A DNA stretch of 64,000 nucleotides from Octopus vulgaris (taxonomy: Eukaryota), in contig OX597829.1 in NCBI GenBank assembly GCA_951406725.2, positions 7,874,001 through 7,938,000 of the forward strand, read 5' to 3'. The translations under genes were made by a program, and so were the position numbers. The notes beneath the pieces are model-generated. The model did no database searches. It saw nothing but the letters and a program-made list of their open reading frames with translations, and was not told where the DNA came from. Positions 31,016-44,484 of this stretch are shown here, one piece after another; within the stretch, counting starts at the first letter, position 1, and every line of letters starts with the position of its first letter.

Positions 31016-31457
31016 ATTCTTCTTCTTCTTATTATTATTATTATTCAGGTTACTGCCTAGAATCAAACTTGGAATCTTGGGGTTAGTAGCCCATGCTCTT
31101 AACCACTATGCCATATGCCTGTGTTCAAGAAATATAACAATATGCAGTATCATATGAATAGTTCCTAAATTCAAAGATCTCCAGCAAGGACTTCTGACCT
31201 TTGCTGAACATAGAATATACTCCACACAAATGTGGAAGTATATCTTTAGTTACTGCTTTCCTTGAACATATTCAAAAATATAGCCATTTGTTCTATTAAA
31301 CTTCTTTAATAATTTCCAGCCTTTAGTCTATTATTTCTTCATATCTTCATACTGCGACTTCTACATTTTATCTTCCTTTTCCTCCTCCTCTAAATTTACG
31401 AGCTCCATTTCACCTCCAACTCTGAAATAGCTTGCAGTTGCTTCTTGTCGACCAAAA

Positions 31458-31741
31458 CATACCACTTTTCCTAAACTGCAGAAGACAATTTTTACCAACT
31501 GCAAACTTGCATTCCTGCCCATGTAAATTTTGCATTATAAACTTTCAACTGTACAAATGTAACATTGAGCATACAAATCTAATCTACCCTCCCTAGCTTT
31601 CCACTTTTAAGAAAATTTTTCATATGTTATGTCTGAAACCCTTCCTCTTCAGCAGACAAAAAGAAAAGAAATTAAAAAAAATCTTTTTAAACAAATTACA
31701 TTGATAAATATTAATTTTTCCTTGGCAGAAAATAAGTATTA
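31458..31741. repeat. 284-bp direct repeat, copy A
   Basis: Matches 32837-33119 apart from one substitution and one poly-A indel. Confidence 0.95.
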
Positions 31742-32068
31742 GGAAAAAAAATGAGATTAAAGGTGCAAGAGTTTATATTAAAAATTATTTGCAAATGGAA
31801 GAACTGGTTGAGTTAAAACTTCAAGCTAATATAATTTACTAAGACATTGATTTATGATTTTGAATGTGTAATGTGTGTGTGTGTGTGTATTTTGTTGGAG
31901 AGCTTTTATTGTTTTGCTTTGTTTTGTTTTTTTTGTTTTTTTTTTCTGGTAGAGGGGTGAGGTAAGTACTGAATAGAGAGACTCATCCCAGTAAACAAGT
32001 CAGCAATGCTGCTGCGCTAACAAACTGAAATTTGAAAAAACTGTTGCAAAATCTAATTTATATTTTTT

Positions 32069-32102
<34 letters not shown>

Positions 32103-32836
32103 TATGTATATGTGTGTATATACCACACACATCCCCATACCACACACACACATACATAATTATATATATATATATATTTCTATACAATTCTGGAGAACTG
32201 TATGTTCTAAAAAAAATTAATCAACAAGATCCATAACCATTTCAGGGATTATATTGACAACATTTTAATAAGTAATTGCTAAAGCATGTTAATAATAGAG
32301 AGAGATAAATATGGACAAATCTTATTTAGAGGGGACAGAGTGGAGACACTGTCTGAATACAACAAACATTTATCACCATGTTTGTATGAACTGAAAAGAA
32401 ACTAGTTGTGATCGTAAGGACCACTATGTCTGCCAGTCTAAATATGAGGAACACCATGTAAATCTGTCTAAAGATACTGAATACTATTTTTAATCTGTGG
32501 AATTAAAGGCTATCTGAGCTATCTAACAGAAAACCTGTACTGTTTCTTTTCTTGAAACTTAAAGATCACTCTCTCTTAGTCTGCTTCAAATAATAATGAT
32601 ATCAAGGGCTTAAGTAATTGATGTCTTGCAAACAACTTGCATATGCAAATGCTACCAGTTAAAAACTCCGTATACCGGAAGCTAGCAAGTGTATGGAGTC
32701 ATCAGGAGAGAATGCGCGCCGTTTCAGAGCCTACCTCTCGGCGGCATCAATGCGCACCGGCCCCCCTCACTGATATCAGGCCCCACTTGCTAGATCAGCT
32801 GGTTATGAAGAACTCAATATACTTCTAGCCATCGTT

Positions 32837-33119
32837 CATACCACTTTTCCTAAACTGCAGAAGACAATTTTTACCAACTGCAAACTTGCATTCCTGCCCA
32901 TGTAAATTTTGCATTATAAACTTTCAACTGTACAAATGTAACATTGAGCATACAAATCTAATCTACCCTCCCCAGCTTTCCACTTTTAAGAAAATTTTTC
33001 ATATGTTATGTCTGAAACCCTTCCTCTTCAGCAGACAAAAAGAAAAGAAATTAAAAAAATCTTTTTAAACAAATTACATTGATAAATATTAATTTTTCCT
33101 TGGCAGAAAATAAGTATTA
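32837..33119. repeat. 284-bp direct repeat, copy B
   Basis: Matches 31458-31741. Confidence 0.95.
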
Positions 33120-34009
33120 AATAACTTTTAATTGACAACATTTACTCAGCACTGGCCCTTTGTGTACGCTTGCGCGCACACACACACACACACATATTCT
33201 TCTTAATTGTTTATGTTCATTTTGGAGCATTAATATTCTTGAATCCTTTAAGCTCATGTTTCAACACTTTTATAAATCTCATTTTCCAAAGAGACTGCTG
33301 TAATGGTGCATGGTCCAGGCACTCAGCTGTAAGTTACTTGGGAATAATTTTATAACTGATAAAATCACCCCCCCCCCCCATCATTCAACATCCATGTTCC
33401 AAGCTGGTATGGATTGGACAGTTTGACAGGATTCATTGGTCCCAGGGACTGTATCATGCTCCAGTGTTTGCTTTTAAATGGTTTCTATGGCTAGATGCCC
33501 TTCCTAATGTCAACCAATGTACAACATGTCCTGAATGCTTTTTGCACCACCAGCACATAGCTATGAAATTATTAATGCCAAATTTAAAATTATGTACGAT
33601 CATAAATTTTTTACATGTAATATATCTGTGTGCTTAATTTAAGATTGTACTTTGCTGTCAGTAAAGCATCCATATTTATCATACACTCTCTTCTTTTTTT
33701 TTGTGTGTGACATTCTACATGAATTGTAGTGTTGTTAACTAGGAACTGTTTTTCCCAACATTATTCTGTGCACTTTATTATAATGCATTGCAATGTACTA
33801 CAATGTATCTAAGCACAAATTTAAGGGCATTCAACCACCTGAAGTCCATTATGACAGTGTCAAAAGCCTTTGTGAAGTCTGTGAACACTGTATACATAAG
33901 CATGTTCTGCTCAATACATTTTCACTGAATTTAGTGAAGGCAGAATATCATGTCCATGGGGCTTCTACTGCAAGTCTCAAGTAGGAGATTTCAATAGATA
34001 TACTCATTT

Positions 34010-35480
34010 AGTCCGTTTAATAGAATATGAGCCAAGATCTTTTCCTGCTGTTGATAGAAGAGATACTCCTTGGTAGTTTCCATTCTACAACCTTTTTTTT
34101 TGAAGATAAGAACAATGCTTGCACCTTTCCAGTCTTGTGGAACCGTTTCCGTCTCCCAGATCTGGAGCACAATGTTATAAAGATTCTCAGCTTTAAACCT
34201 CCATACTTCTGGATTTTAGTTGATATGCCACATCTGCCAGGTACTTTACCTTCTTTCGTTTGCTTGACTGCATTGTAAATAGGTTTGTCATCTAAGGATT
34301 GGATGGTTGGCTGCTGTGTAACTTCCTTGAGGGCCACACAAGTCACAACACCTGAGATATTAAGTAGGCTGTCAAAGTGATGAGTAAATCTATCGAGGAT
34401 CTCCAACCTTCCAACACTACTCTTTTGCCATCAAGAGTTTTGAGTTTTGTTGTCTCTTCTCTGTGGCCCATATACCTCTCCAAGTCCTGAGTGAAATACT
34501 TCCATATCATTTTTATCAATAATGTATCTCTTCAGCTTTGGCCTCATACAATCAAATTTCAGTTTCCTAGTATATTGTTGCAGATTCTTTCTTGCTTCCA
34601 TCAGTTTTTCCCTATTTGACCTCAAGTTACAAGTTAGTTGCCTGGCCTTTGCAATGTTACTTTCTTCTAGCAGGGTCTATACTTGGATGCCATTCTCAAA
34701 ACAACCTTGATGTTATTTCAGTGGTTTGCCAAGGACACGTTGAGCTATCTCATATGTAGTTATTTTCCTTCAAGTCCTTTGTTTCCCTATTCCTCCCATC
34801 CTTCCAAAGCCTTATCCAGCTGTTCCTGCAATACCTGTTTCACTTCAGGGTCTCTGAGTTTCATGATGTTTAGCTTATTTTTTAGTTGGCTTTTTGTCTT
34901 CATACTTTGCTTACTGAAGGTAAAAGTGACCTTTGATCTGATCATATGGTGGTCAGTAGAGTGGTCTGCCCCTCTAATGGCTCTTGCATCCAGGACATCA
35001 TTGTCATCAAATTATGTAGCCTAACAAGTGTCAATAACTGGAGCACCCAAGAAGTCTTTTGATGATCTTTTTATTTCGAGACAGTGTTTGTAATTACTAG
35101 GTTGAACTCAGAGCAGAGAGCTACAGGTTCATCATTTGAATTGCACATTCCCACTCCATGTTTGCCTGTTGCACCAGGCCATCAATTTGCATCTCTCCCT
35201 ACTCCTGCACTGAAATCTCCTTCAATTATTATCTTATCTTTGCAGGGAACTTTGCACAACACTCTTTCAGCTTAGCCAAGAATTCTTCTTTCACTTTCTG
35301 TGTGTTATTCACAGTGGGCAAGTATACACTGATGAATGTGGTATAGCCCATTCTGTGGAGTGGTAGTCTTACTGTCATAATCCTGGCATTGGATCTTCCG
35401 CTAGTTGTACAGCACTGGCGCTCCTCATTGTGAAGCCAACCCCAGCTTTCCTCCATTCCTCTTCTCTCTTCCCACTCCAG
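34010..35480 (-). mobile_element. Old RTE/BovB-like LINE relic (endonuclease to start of RT)
   Basis: Peptides RIMTVRLPL..TTFISVYLPT, STDHHMIRSK, LGEVYGP and GKVPGRCGISTKIQKYGG. Confidence 0.7.
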
Positions 35481-35809
35481 AAACATGTGTAGATGTGATC
35501 ACATGCAGGTAATAATGTTTCACACAAAGCATCTATGTCAATAGATGGCAAACTCTAGCGAACAACCAATTAGTATGGAGAAAGCTTATCAAGTCATGCT
35601 AAGAACAGTCATAGTTGTGATGACTGACTGCAGATAATAATGGTAAAATATATCACCATTATCAACATTTAATATCTGTTGTCCATGCTGGCATGGGTTG
35701 GATGGTTTGACCAGGGCTGGTAAGCTGCACCAGACTAAAGTCTGATTTGGCATGGTTTCTATGGCTGGATGCCCTTGCTAACACCATATATATACACATA
35801 CACACATAC

Positions 35810-36156
35810 TGTTGTGTGGACGCCCCCAGACAATAAGTAAGGTAGTCCAATACGTATAAATAGTGGACGTGATAGCTAGACGAGAAGTGTCATGTAGAGC
35901 AAGCCGGAGCTGTTGGTAGACTAGATGTCGAGTTCTGTTGAGTCGAGTCGTCGGAAGAGAGAGTTTGGTAGTTGAGTAGAGGTACGTTATTGGCGAAGGC
36001 ACACCATCTGAATGTGTGATATAATGCATACACACAAGTGCATACATATATACATACAACCTGAAACCATACAGATTCAAAGTGAATATCTGAAACATAT
36101 ATCCATGCCTGTACCTGCACGTATAATGCAAGTAGCTGTATAAGTTTTCTACAACA
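35810..36156 (+). mobile_element. Probable solo LTR
   Basis: 347 bp with TGTTGT...ACAACA inverted termini, a TATAAAT box and high CpG content; no TSD or PBS found. Confidence 0.45.
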
Positions 36157-36969
36157 TGAAACTTGGTTCCAGCTTCTTATACTCTCAACACCTGGCAAAG
36201 TGGACTCCCTCTCTGCTGTTACCCAATTCAAGCTACATGGTGACCTCATTAATGCGAGTTCCTTATAAAGAAGACACACTCAGTATGCTCTGTAGAGTGG
36301 TTGGTGGCAGGAAAAGCATCCAGTTGTAATAACTATGCTAAAGCTGACATTAGAATATAACGCAGCTCTTGGACCTGTTGAATCCTCTCAAACTGACCAA
36401 TACATACCAACATAGAAAACAGATAGTAAAGAATGAAGATGATGAAATTGAGATCAAACCTAGGATCCTAGCGCTCTGAAATAAATGTCTAACCATGGCC
36501 ATGGCATTAGAGTCACATTGAGACATCATTATCAATGCTTCTAATTATGTAGAGTGACGAAAGAACTTTAGTATTTATGTTATCAGTCTTTATCTTACTG
36601 ACTGGTTGACTTAACATTCTGCCTCAACACCGTATTGCTTTAAGCAGACAAAAGGCCAAATACACACAAACGTGCAAAATTTATTTAATAAAATGATTCA
36701 TGTAATGGACCAGATCTTCACTCATATGTGCTTGTCATTTTGACCCTTTACTTGAGTGTCACTATTCCGACATACACATGCCATGCATGCACACACACAC
36801 ACGATGGGCTTCCATTCAGTTTTTGTCTATGAAATTCCTCTCACAACAGCAGTTACAGTGAAAATACTTACCTAACATATGACTTCTTCATTTTGTGCAA
36901 CGTTTACATATGTGTATGCATGTATGTATGTGCGCATATATATATATATATACAGAGAGAGAGAGAGAG

Positions 36970-38870
36970 TTAGTGATTCTGCAAAGAAGATGGCTTGGAA
37001 GTGCTACTATAGAAGGTTGCTATATGTAGAGAATGTATGGGAGAAGGAGAGCCTACTTAATGTAGATCCAGCAGTTAAGTCATATGAAGACAAGGGAAAG
37101 CCACCGGCCCATCAGAAGTTGCTGCTGAGAGGCTTACAATATCTGGTGGAGAGGGAAATAGCTTAGTCACCCACATAGTTGTCAGGTTGTCCACAAGGGA
37201 GTCATGACCAATTATTGGTGAAGCAGCATTGTAGTCAACTGCTACAAAGGCAAAAGTGATGTCCAAGATAGAAATAATTATAAAGGCATCAAATTGCTGG
37301 ACCAGGTGATGAAAGTTGCAGAAAGGGACATAGCTCAATTAATTAGGGAGAGAGTTAGTGTAGATGAGATGCAATTTGGGTCTGTGCTAGAGAGAAGCTC
37401 CACTGATACGATCTTCCTGGTGAGGCAACTGCTGGTGAAATACTTAACCAAAACTGAATCTCTGTATCCGGCTTTAGTTGACATGGAGAAAGTTTTTGAC
37501 AGAGACTCCCACTCCCTTATTTGGTGGTCAATGCAGATGTAAGGGATAGACAAGTGGTTGGTGAGAGCTGTAAAAGCCATGTGCAGGGATGCTATCAGTA
37601 AGGTGAAAGTCACCAGTGAGTATAACAAGGAATTTAGTGTAAAAATAGGTGTCTACCCAGGATTGGTTTTTAACCCCCTCTTGTTTACCATAACCCTCCA
37701 GGCTACAACTGAGGAATTTAAGACTGGATGCCATTGAGAGCTCCTTTATGCTGATGACCTTGTTCTCATTATTGAATTGCAACCAGAAGTAGAGAAGGAA
37801 TTTCAGGAAGGAAGCAAGGTCTGGAATCAAATGGCTTTAGAGTTAATTTAGGAGGGCCAAAGTCTTGATAAGTAGGAAAACAGACAAATCACAGATTCCT
37901 TCAGGGCGATGGCCCTGCTCAATATGTAGAAAAGATGCTGAGAGAAACTCTATACAGTGCACTTAGAGTAAGTCAAGAGGTGCAACAGTATCACTGGAAG
38001 ATTAACAGAGAAAGTAGTCTTTACATTTGGGAGATGTGCAGGGACATTAAACACCAGGAATGTACAAAAATATAGATTCCCTCAAATGTCAGGGTGTATC
38101 CTAAGAAGTAGTAGACACTTTCTGTTACTTAGCAGTGGTGGAGGTTGTTCTGAAAGCATAGCTGTGAGAATGGGCTGGACAAAATTCAGAGAGCTACTAC
38201 CTCTGTTAGTAACAAAGGCCTCTCCTGCAGAGTGAAAAGCAGATTGTATGATGCCTCAATACAAACAGCTATGCTACATGGCAGTGTAAAATGGGCTCTG
38301 AACGTTAGCACGCTGGGCGAAATGCGTAGCCGTATTTCGTCTGCCGTTACGTTCTGAGTTCAAATTCTGCCAAGGTCGACTTTGCCTTTCATCCTTTCGG
38401 GGTCAATTAAATAAGTACCAGTTATGCACTGGAGTCAATATAATCGACTTAATCCGTTTGTCTGTCCTTGTTTGTCCCCTCTGTATTTAGCCCCTTGTGG
38501 GTAGTAAAAAAATAGATTACTGAGTATATGTGAGGGCTTGAAAGAAATGAAGTCAGTATGTTCCACTGAATGGGTAATGTCAGTGTGCATATATGACAGG
38601 CAGTAAGAGATCTGGGGAAAAACTGAGTATATAAGGTATCAGATGTGGTGTGCAAGAGAGAAGATTGTGCTGGTACGGTCATGTTATGCATATGAATGAA
38701 GGCAGTTGCATAAAGAAGTGCTGAGCTCAAATTGTGGAGAGGACATGTGAAAAAAGTAAACCCAGGAGGATGTGGGACAAAGTGGTGAGAAAAGATCTTC
38801 AGACACTAGGCCTCACAGAAGGGTTGACAGAGGTATGAGACTGCTGACGCTTGCTGTTCTTGAAGACACA
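36970..38870 (+). mobile_element. Degraded RTE-clade LINE interrupted by a SINE
   Basis: LLDQVMK...MQFG...STDTIF...VDMEKVFD and LLYADDLV, with many stops and frameshifts. Confidence 0.85.
38302..38516 (+). mobile_element. Second tRNA-derived SINE family, nested in the RTE relic
   Basis: B-box-like GAGTTCAAATTC and body GTCGACTTTGCCTTTCATCCTTTCGGGGTC..AAATAAGTACCAG; RTE sequence resumes on both sides. Confidence 0.75.
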
Positions 38871-39186
38871 TCAAGCTAACTAAAAGCTTGGTAGTTTTTG
38901 CATGCAGGCATGTGCCTTGCCTCCCTCTCCAGCTGGACATTCCTAATCTTGTGGGCTTGTGAGTGCTGGTTCCACATAAAAAACATGTAAGCACACACAT
39001 GCTGGTGCTGCAGAAAAGCACCCAGTACACTCTGTAAAGTGGTTGGCATTAGAAGGGCATCCAGCCATAGAAACCAAGCCACAACAGACAGGGAGCTTGA
39101 GCAGCTCTTCAGATGACCAGCTCCTATCAAATTGTCCAAACCATGCCAGCATGGAAAACAGATGTTAAATGATGATGATGATGATC

Positions 39187-39388
39187 AAGGTGGATGCTGA
39201 AAAGTTCCTGGGTTTAAGGGTATCACGAAAGGCCTGGTTGGAAGCCCAACTTTCTGAGTTCTTTTACAGGGATTAGAAAAACTGAAGGACCACTGCAATA
39301 AGTGTGTGAATCTGTTGAACAAAATCATAATTGACTGATCCTCCTCTATTTTCTTTCACCCAAAGCCAGGAACTTTTCAGCACCCTCT
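39187..39388. mobile_element. Mariner-type MITE
   Basis: TIR GGATGCTGAAAAGTTCCTGGGTTT / AAAGCCAGGAACTTTTCAGCACCC. Confidence 0.75.
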
Positions 39389-39606
39389 CTCTCTCTCTCA
39401 CACAGCCACACACACACACACACATACACATTGGTTGAGTTAATCTCTTACTACTCTGGAATTTCACCAGTGTACTTCCAGGATCGTTAGGCAAGTTATA
39501 ACTTGCCTGATAGCCCTGTAACTACATAGGTGAAACTCCAGTGGCAACACACACATCATCATCATCAGTTTAATGTCTGCTTTCCATGCTGGCATGGGTT
39601 TATGTA

Positions 39607-39654
<48 letters not shown>

Positions 39655-40306
39655 AAACAAGATAGGGAGAAGGAAATATTTGAAAGAGAGAGAAAATTGA
39701 ATACAAATACCACATCAGAGTTTTAGAAAAGAAATTTCAGTATATAACACCTGTATGGAATATCTACTTACAGTGTAAGCAACAACAGACGTGGAGGGAG
39801 GAGGGGTGGAGAAAAGAAAAAAATGAAAGAAAAACAGCCAGCTAGTTGATGACAAAAGACCAAACATGTGACATTGACGGAATATAATTCTTTACTTACT
39901 TTTTTAAATTATATTTTAATAATATTATTCATATCTTTCAGCACCTTAACTAACACTCAATTTTTAATTACTTTTATACATTTCAATAGACAACATGACA
40001 TTAGAATCATTTCAGTCTAATATTACTATTCAGAAGAAATAGAGCCAACGGAATTGGTCGAGACAGAAGAGAACGACATGATACATTAGAAGATTCAATT
40101 TCATTCATCAAAGTTCCAAACTATAACGGGCATGGTTATGTAGCTTAGACGTTTATTTCACCACCACATCATTCTGTGTTAAATATCTTTATTATTATTT
40201 TTTTTTTTTTTTCTTTTGTACCTCAAGCAAGTGTTGTCTGCTACGGTCTCAGGTTAGCCAATACTTTGTATGCAAAATTTGGTCAGTGGAAATTTTATAT
40301 ATACAC

Positions 40307-40342
<36 letters not shown>

Positions 40343-41101
40343 ACATACTGCATGTGCGTGTGTGCATGTGAAGCACTATTTGTATGGCAGAGCCATGTGG
40401 GTAAGGAGTGTGCTTCCCAGCCATGTGGCTTCAGGTACAGTCCTACTGTGCAACACACTGGGCAAGTGTCTCCTATAAGCCTCAGGCCAACCTAAGCCCT
40501 GTGAGTGAATTTGGGAGGAGGAATTGAAGTCTATCATGTATAAATGTAAGTGTGAAACGCTCATACCCCTTAAATAGTGTATGTGGGGGGGTATACATGA
40601 TTTTATGTAAATGTATGTATATATATATATCTTTCATTAAATGTATACCAGTCAAAGATTAAAATGTTAGCAAGAAAAGTGACCAACTGACAGTTTATAC
40701 AAAAAAGCAAAAATTGCCCAAGTTTCACAGAAACTACCATGTCACTGTTGCCTTCCAAACGCAATAAAACAGTGATCAGCTCTGACAATTGATGTTATTT
40801 TTAATAAAATGTGAATTGAAATAAATAAATAAAAATAATCCCACAATAACTGACTCCATCTTATGTTGTGTGTATGTGGGAGGAGGTGAGAATCAATAAA
40901 ACGAGTACCAATAAGAACAGTCTTGCTGTTTTAATCTATCATACATATTAGGTTCCTGAATAAGAAACCAATAATTGTGTTTTCTAGTAAATAAAAGCTG
41001 AGGCAATGGAAACAAAAATAAATGAAATATCTACTTGAATTACCTTTATAATAATGACTAACTACTTATTAAAAACAAAATTTTCCTTGGATGTTTAATA
41101 A

Positions 41102-43325
41102 CACTCGTCAACAGCCAATTTTCATCAGGGATATTATATGGTGTTTTATATGTAGTTTTGTCCGCAGATTTCAAAAATGCAATCGGTTTCCTTGTATGAG
41201 GCACAGTTTTTCTGATGAGATAAGAGAGGTATATAACTCCCATCAGCAGCATCGCTACACGTAAACGTCTTATACAGGTAAATTCTGACTTCTGTTTTAT
41301 AAATAATTGTATTCATTTTGTAATTTTATGTTTTCATAATCTTTTCTTTTCATAAATTTCCCTTTCAGTTTAAGGTGCCAAGTCGTCGTCATCATCATCA
41401 AATTCTACTCAGGATGTCAAGGCATTGCAAGAACAGTCCTGATATATTTTGTTATGTCTGTGGTTCATTTACCACCAAAGCTCAGCAACTTGCCATCACA
41501 AATGAAATCAAAAAGATCTACCAGAAGATCAACCAGAAAAAGATAAGAGATGGGCCCTGCACATCATCTGCTCAGCTTGGACTAAGGGATTGGCTAAACA
41601 AGAGGAAGAGAGCAATGCCATTTGCAATACCTTTGATATGGAGAGAGCCAAAAAACCATTTCATGGACTGTTATTTCTGCAACGTTAATGTATGTGGGTT
41701 TACTGTAAAGACCAAGCATGATATTGTGTATCCCAACTTGGAACCAGCAAGAACACCAGTACCACACAACGATGATGATCTTCCTTTTTCAATACCACCA
41801 GAAAATGGCCTTCAGATGTCTGACAAAGATGTATTTCCTGAAGAAAATACTACTGCTGAGGAAGACACTGAAGTGGATGCAGATTTCACAATTGAAAATG
41901 AAGGCATACCACAGAAATTTTCTCAAGGAGAGTCAAAGGATTTAGTTAGAGACTTGTCATTGTCGAAAGACCACAAGAAAAGAGCTTAAGAAAGATGTTT
42001 GTATTACTCATTTCAGGAAGAGATACAGGGATCTGACTTTATGCTTCCCTGTTGATGGACCACTTTGTTTCAGTAATAACACTGATGAGTTATTTCGCTG
42101 TTTGTTCCAAGAGCATGTTCCAGCCGAATGGCACTTATTCATTGATTCATCTAAGAGAAGCCTCAAGGCAGTACTACTACACACTGGCAATAAGAAACCA
42201 TCCATTCCCATAGGACATTCAGTGTACACGAAGGAGTGTTATGAACACATGCAAGTACTCCTCAAAGCCATAAAGTATACAGACTACAGCTGGAAAATAT
42301 GTGGAGACTTGAAGGTGATTGTAATGTTGATGGGAATGCAATCTGGGTTCACAAAATATTGTTGCTTTTTATGCCTATGGGACAGACATGCAACTAACAA
42401 GTACTATGTGCAACCAAAGCGGCCTTTGCAAAAATCATGAGCCGGGGGTTTTTAGCGTCCAGAGTAAGCCACTTTTAAACCCAGAAAATGTTCTTCTTCC
42501 CCCTCTTCACATAAAGCTTAACCTCATGAAACAATTCGTGAAAACACTTGCCAGGAAAAGCTCAAAAAGTTTTGAATATATGAAGGCCAAATTTCCAAAA
42601 ATCACTGAGGCAAAACTGAAGGAGGGGATATTCATAGGTCCGCAGATAAAAGAACTCCTGAAGGACAACCACTTCCTAACAGCACTGGATGAGATTGAGT
42701 TTAAAGCCTGGGAATCCTTCAAATGGCTCTGTGAAAATTTCCTAGGCAACAAGAGATCTCTAGAGTTTAGAAATGGAGTGAAATGTCTTCTAGACTCCTA
42801 CGCTGCAATGGGCTGTCGGATGTCACTAAAAGTCCATTTCCTTGATTCACATCTGGATTTTTTTGCAGAGAACCTTGGAGCAGTGTCTGATGTGCAAGAG
42901 GAACACTTTCATCAAGATATTGCATCGTTGAAACAACAATATCAAGGATTTGGGAATGCAGTAATGTTAGTTGACTACTGTTGGATGTTATACAGGGATG
43001 AACCTGAGACAAAACACCATAGAAAGTCCAAATCCCAAAGATTTCAAGTTGTTATGCATTTGAGTGTATTCTAACTTATTTGTACACAATAATTTTAATT
43101 TTGTACAATAAAAAGCCATGAAATTATCGTATCTTGTATTCAATATACTTTATATAGACATGCTTTGCGTATCCTATAAGTTAGAACAGCAGGTATCATT
43201 AACATGAAAATGTGACCTGATGGAGGAAATCGCACTTCAGATTCGTAATCAGCATCAAAAATTAATCCAGATAAGTCAATCAGCAACTCTGATGATTAAA
43301 AACAGTTTCATTTTATTGACCAGTG
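41102..43325 (+). mobile_element. Chapaev3-type (CMC superfamily) DNA transposon, full length
   Basis: Termini CACTCGTCAA...TTGACCAGTG flanked by a TAA/TAA 3-bp TSD; internal transposase pseudogene. Confidence 0.85.
41414..43074 (+). pseudogene. Chapaev3-like DDE transposase, fragmented
   Basis: N-terminal Zn motif CKNSPDIFCYVCG...WREPKNHFMDCYFC; FIDSS, CGDLK..GMQSGFTKYCCFLC, LLPPLHIKL and SDVQEEHFHQD; split over three ORFs. Confidence 0.85.
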
Positions 43326-44446
43326 TAATTTTAGTAAGTCAACGTAATTGTTAATTTCAGTATGTTAGTTCTTGTGTGTTAAAGCCAGAATTCAACAAGT
43401 TCCTTTAGAGTGAAAGAGAAAATCAAGCAAAATAGCTGGGCCACTGTCTCAAGGCAGGTTTTTGAAATGGCTAAGATATTCAGAAAGTATATATATTACT
43501 GTTTGATTACAAAGACTAAATTTTTCTTTCTTCCTTCCTTTTCCTCATTTTTTTTTCTTAATGTGTGTTTAAGGAATATTTTCATTAACTAATATAATAC
43601 TTCAGGAAACACTCGTAAAATTAACAAATAGAAACAGTAGACAAAATAGAACTATTACATCTATTCACAAAGGCAGTCTATAATGAAAATTATTACTATC
43701 AGAAAACATTAATACTGAATATGATGAAACCAAATAAACCAAATACAGACCAGTTGAGAAGGTAGACTCTTACCATTTGCACTGTATTTTACAGAGTAAA
43801 GAATTTTTTTTTTTTTTTAATCAGTATTATTTTAGTAAGACCCAACTACATAAAGTAATGCTTCAAAGATAATTAACAAATGTTATTGGCAAGAATTTAG
43901 CATAAGCAAATCTAAAGGCACCACCTCTGGTGACATGTCTGAGCAATAATAATATGATAAAATAAACCAAATTCTCTTCTAATCTAGACAGTTTAGTAAT
44001 TTACCTATTGAGATTTAACAAGAGGCAGTAAATATTTGATGTTTCTAATTTTATATCAGTTGGTCATTAATGTTGACAACTGATTTCAAACAACATGTTA
44101 TTAATTCTAGTCACAAAGGTATTACATCTGAAAAAACTAATCTATACAAATACCAGTGGTTAACTGTGCTCTCAACTAAAAGCAAACAACTTTATTTGCT
44201 TTACAGAGCTTAGTTGAAAACAGACACCTACGTCACATTATATTTAATTTTTAATAACTGATAGTAAGGAGTGCCTCTGGGCTTTTTTTTGCTTCAACAA
44301 TTCTGGAGAACCAACCAACTTATAAGAAAGCAAAATCAGTGAGTATAAAAATATGCAAAATAAAATAACATTCTGTTTCACAGAGATTAGGTTTGTATGA
44401 GTAGGGAATGGTACATTAATACATGTGAGTGCATGCATGCAATGTA

Positions 44447-44483
<37 letters not shown>

Positions 44484-44484
<1 letters not shown>

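Noticed and set aside
32718-32760. GCC-TACCTCTC-GGC resembling the HDV ribozyme P3/L3
   Set aside because: No 7-bp P1 or P2 pairing could be built around it
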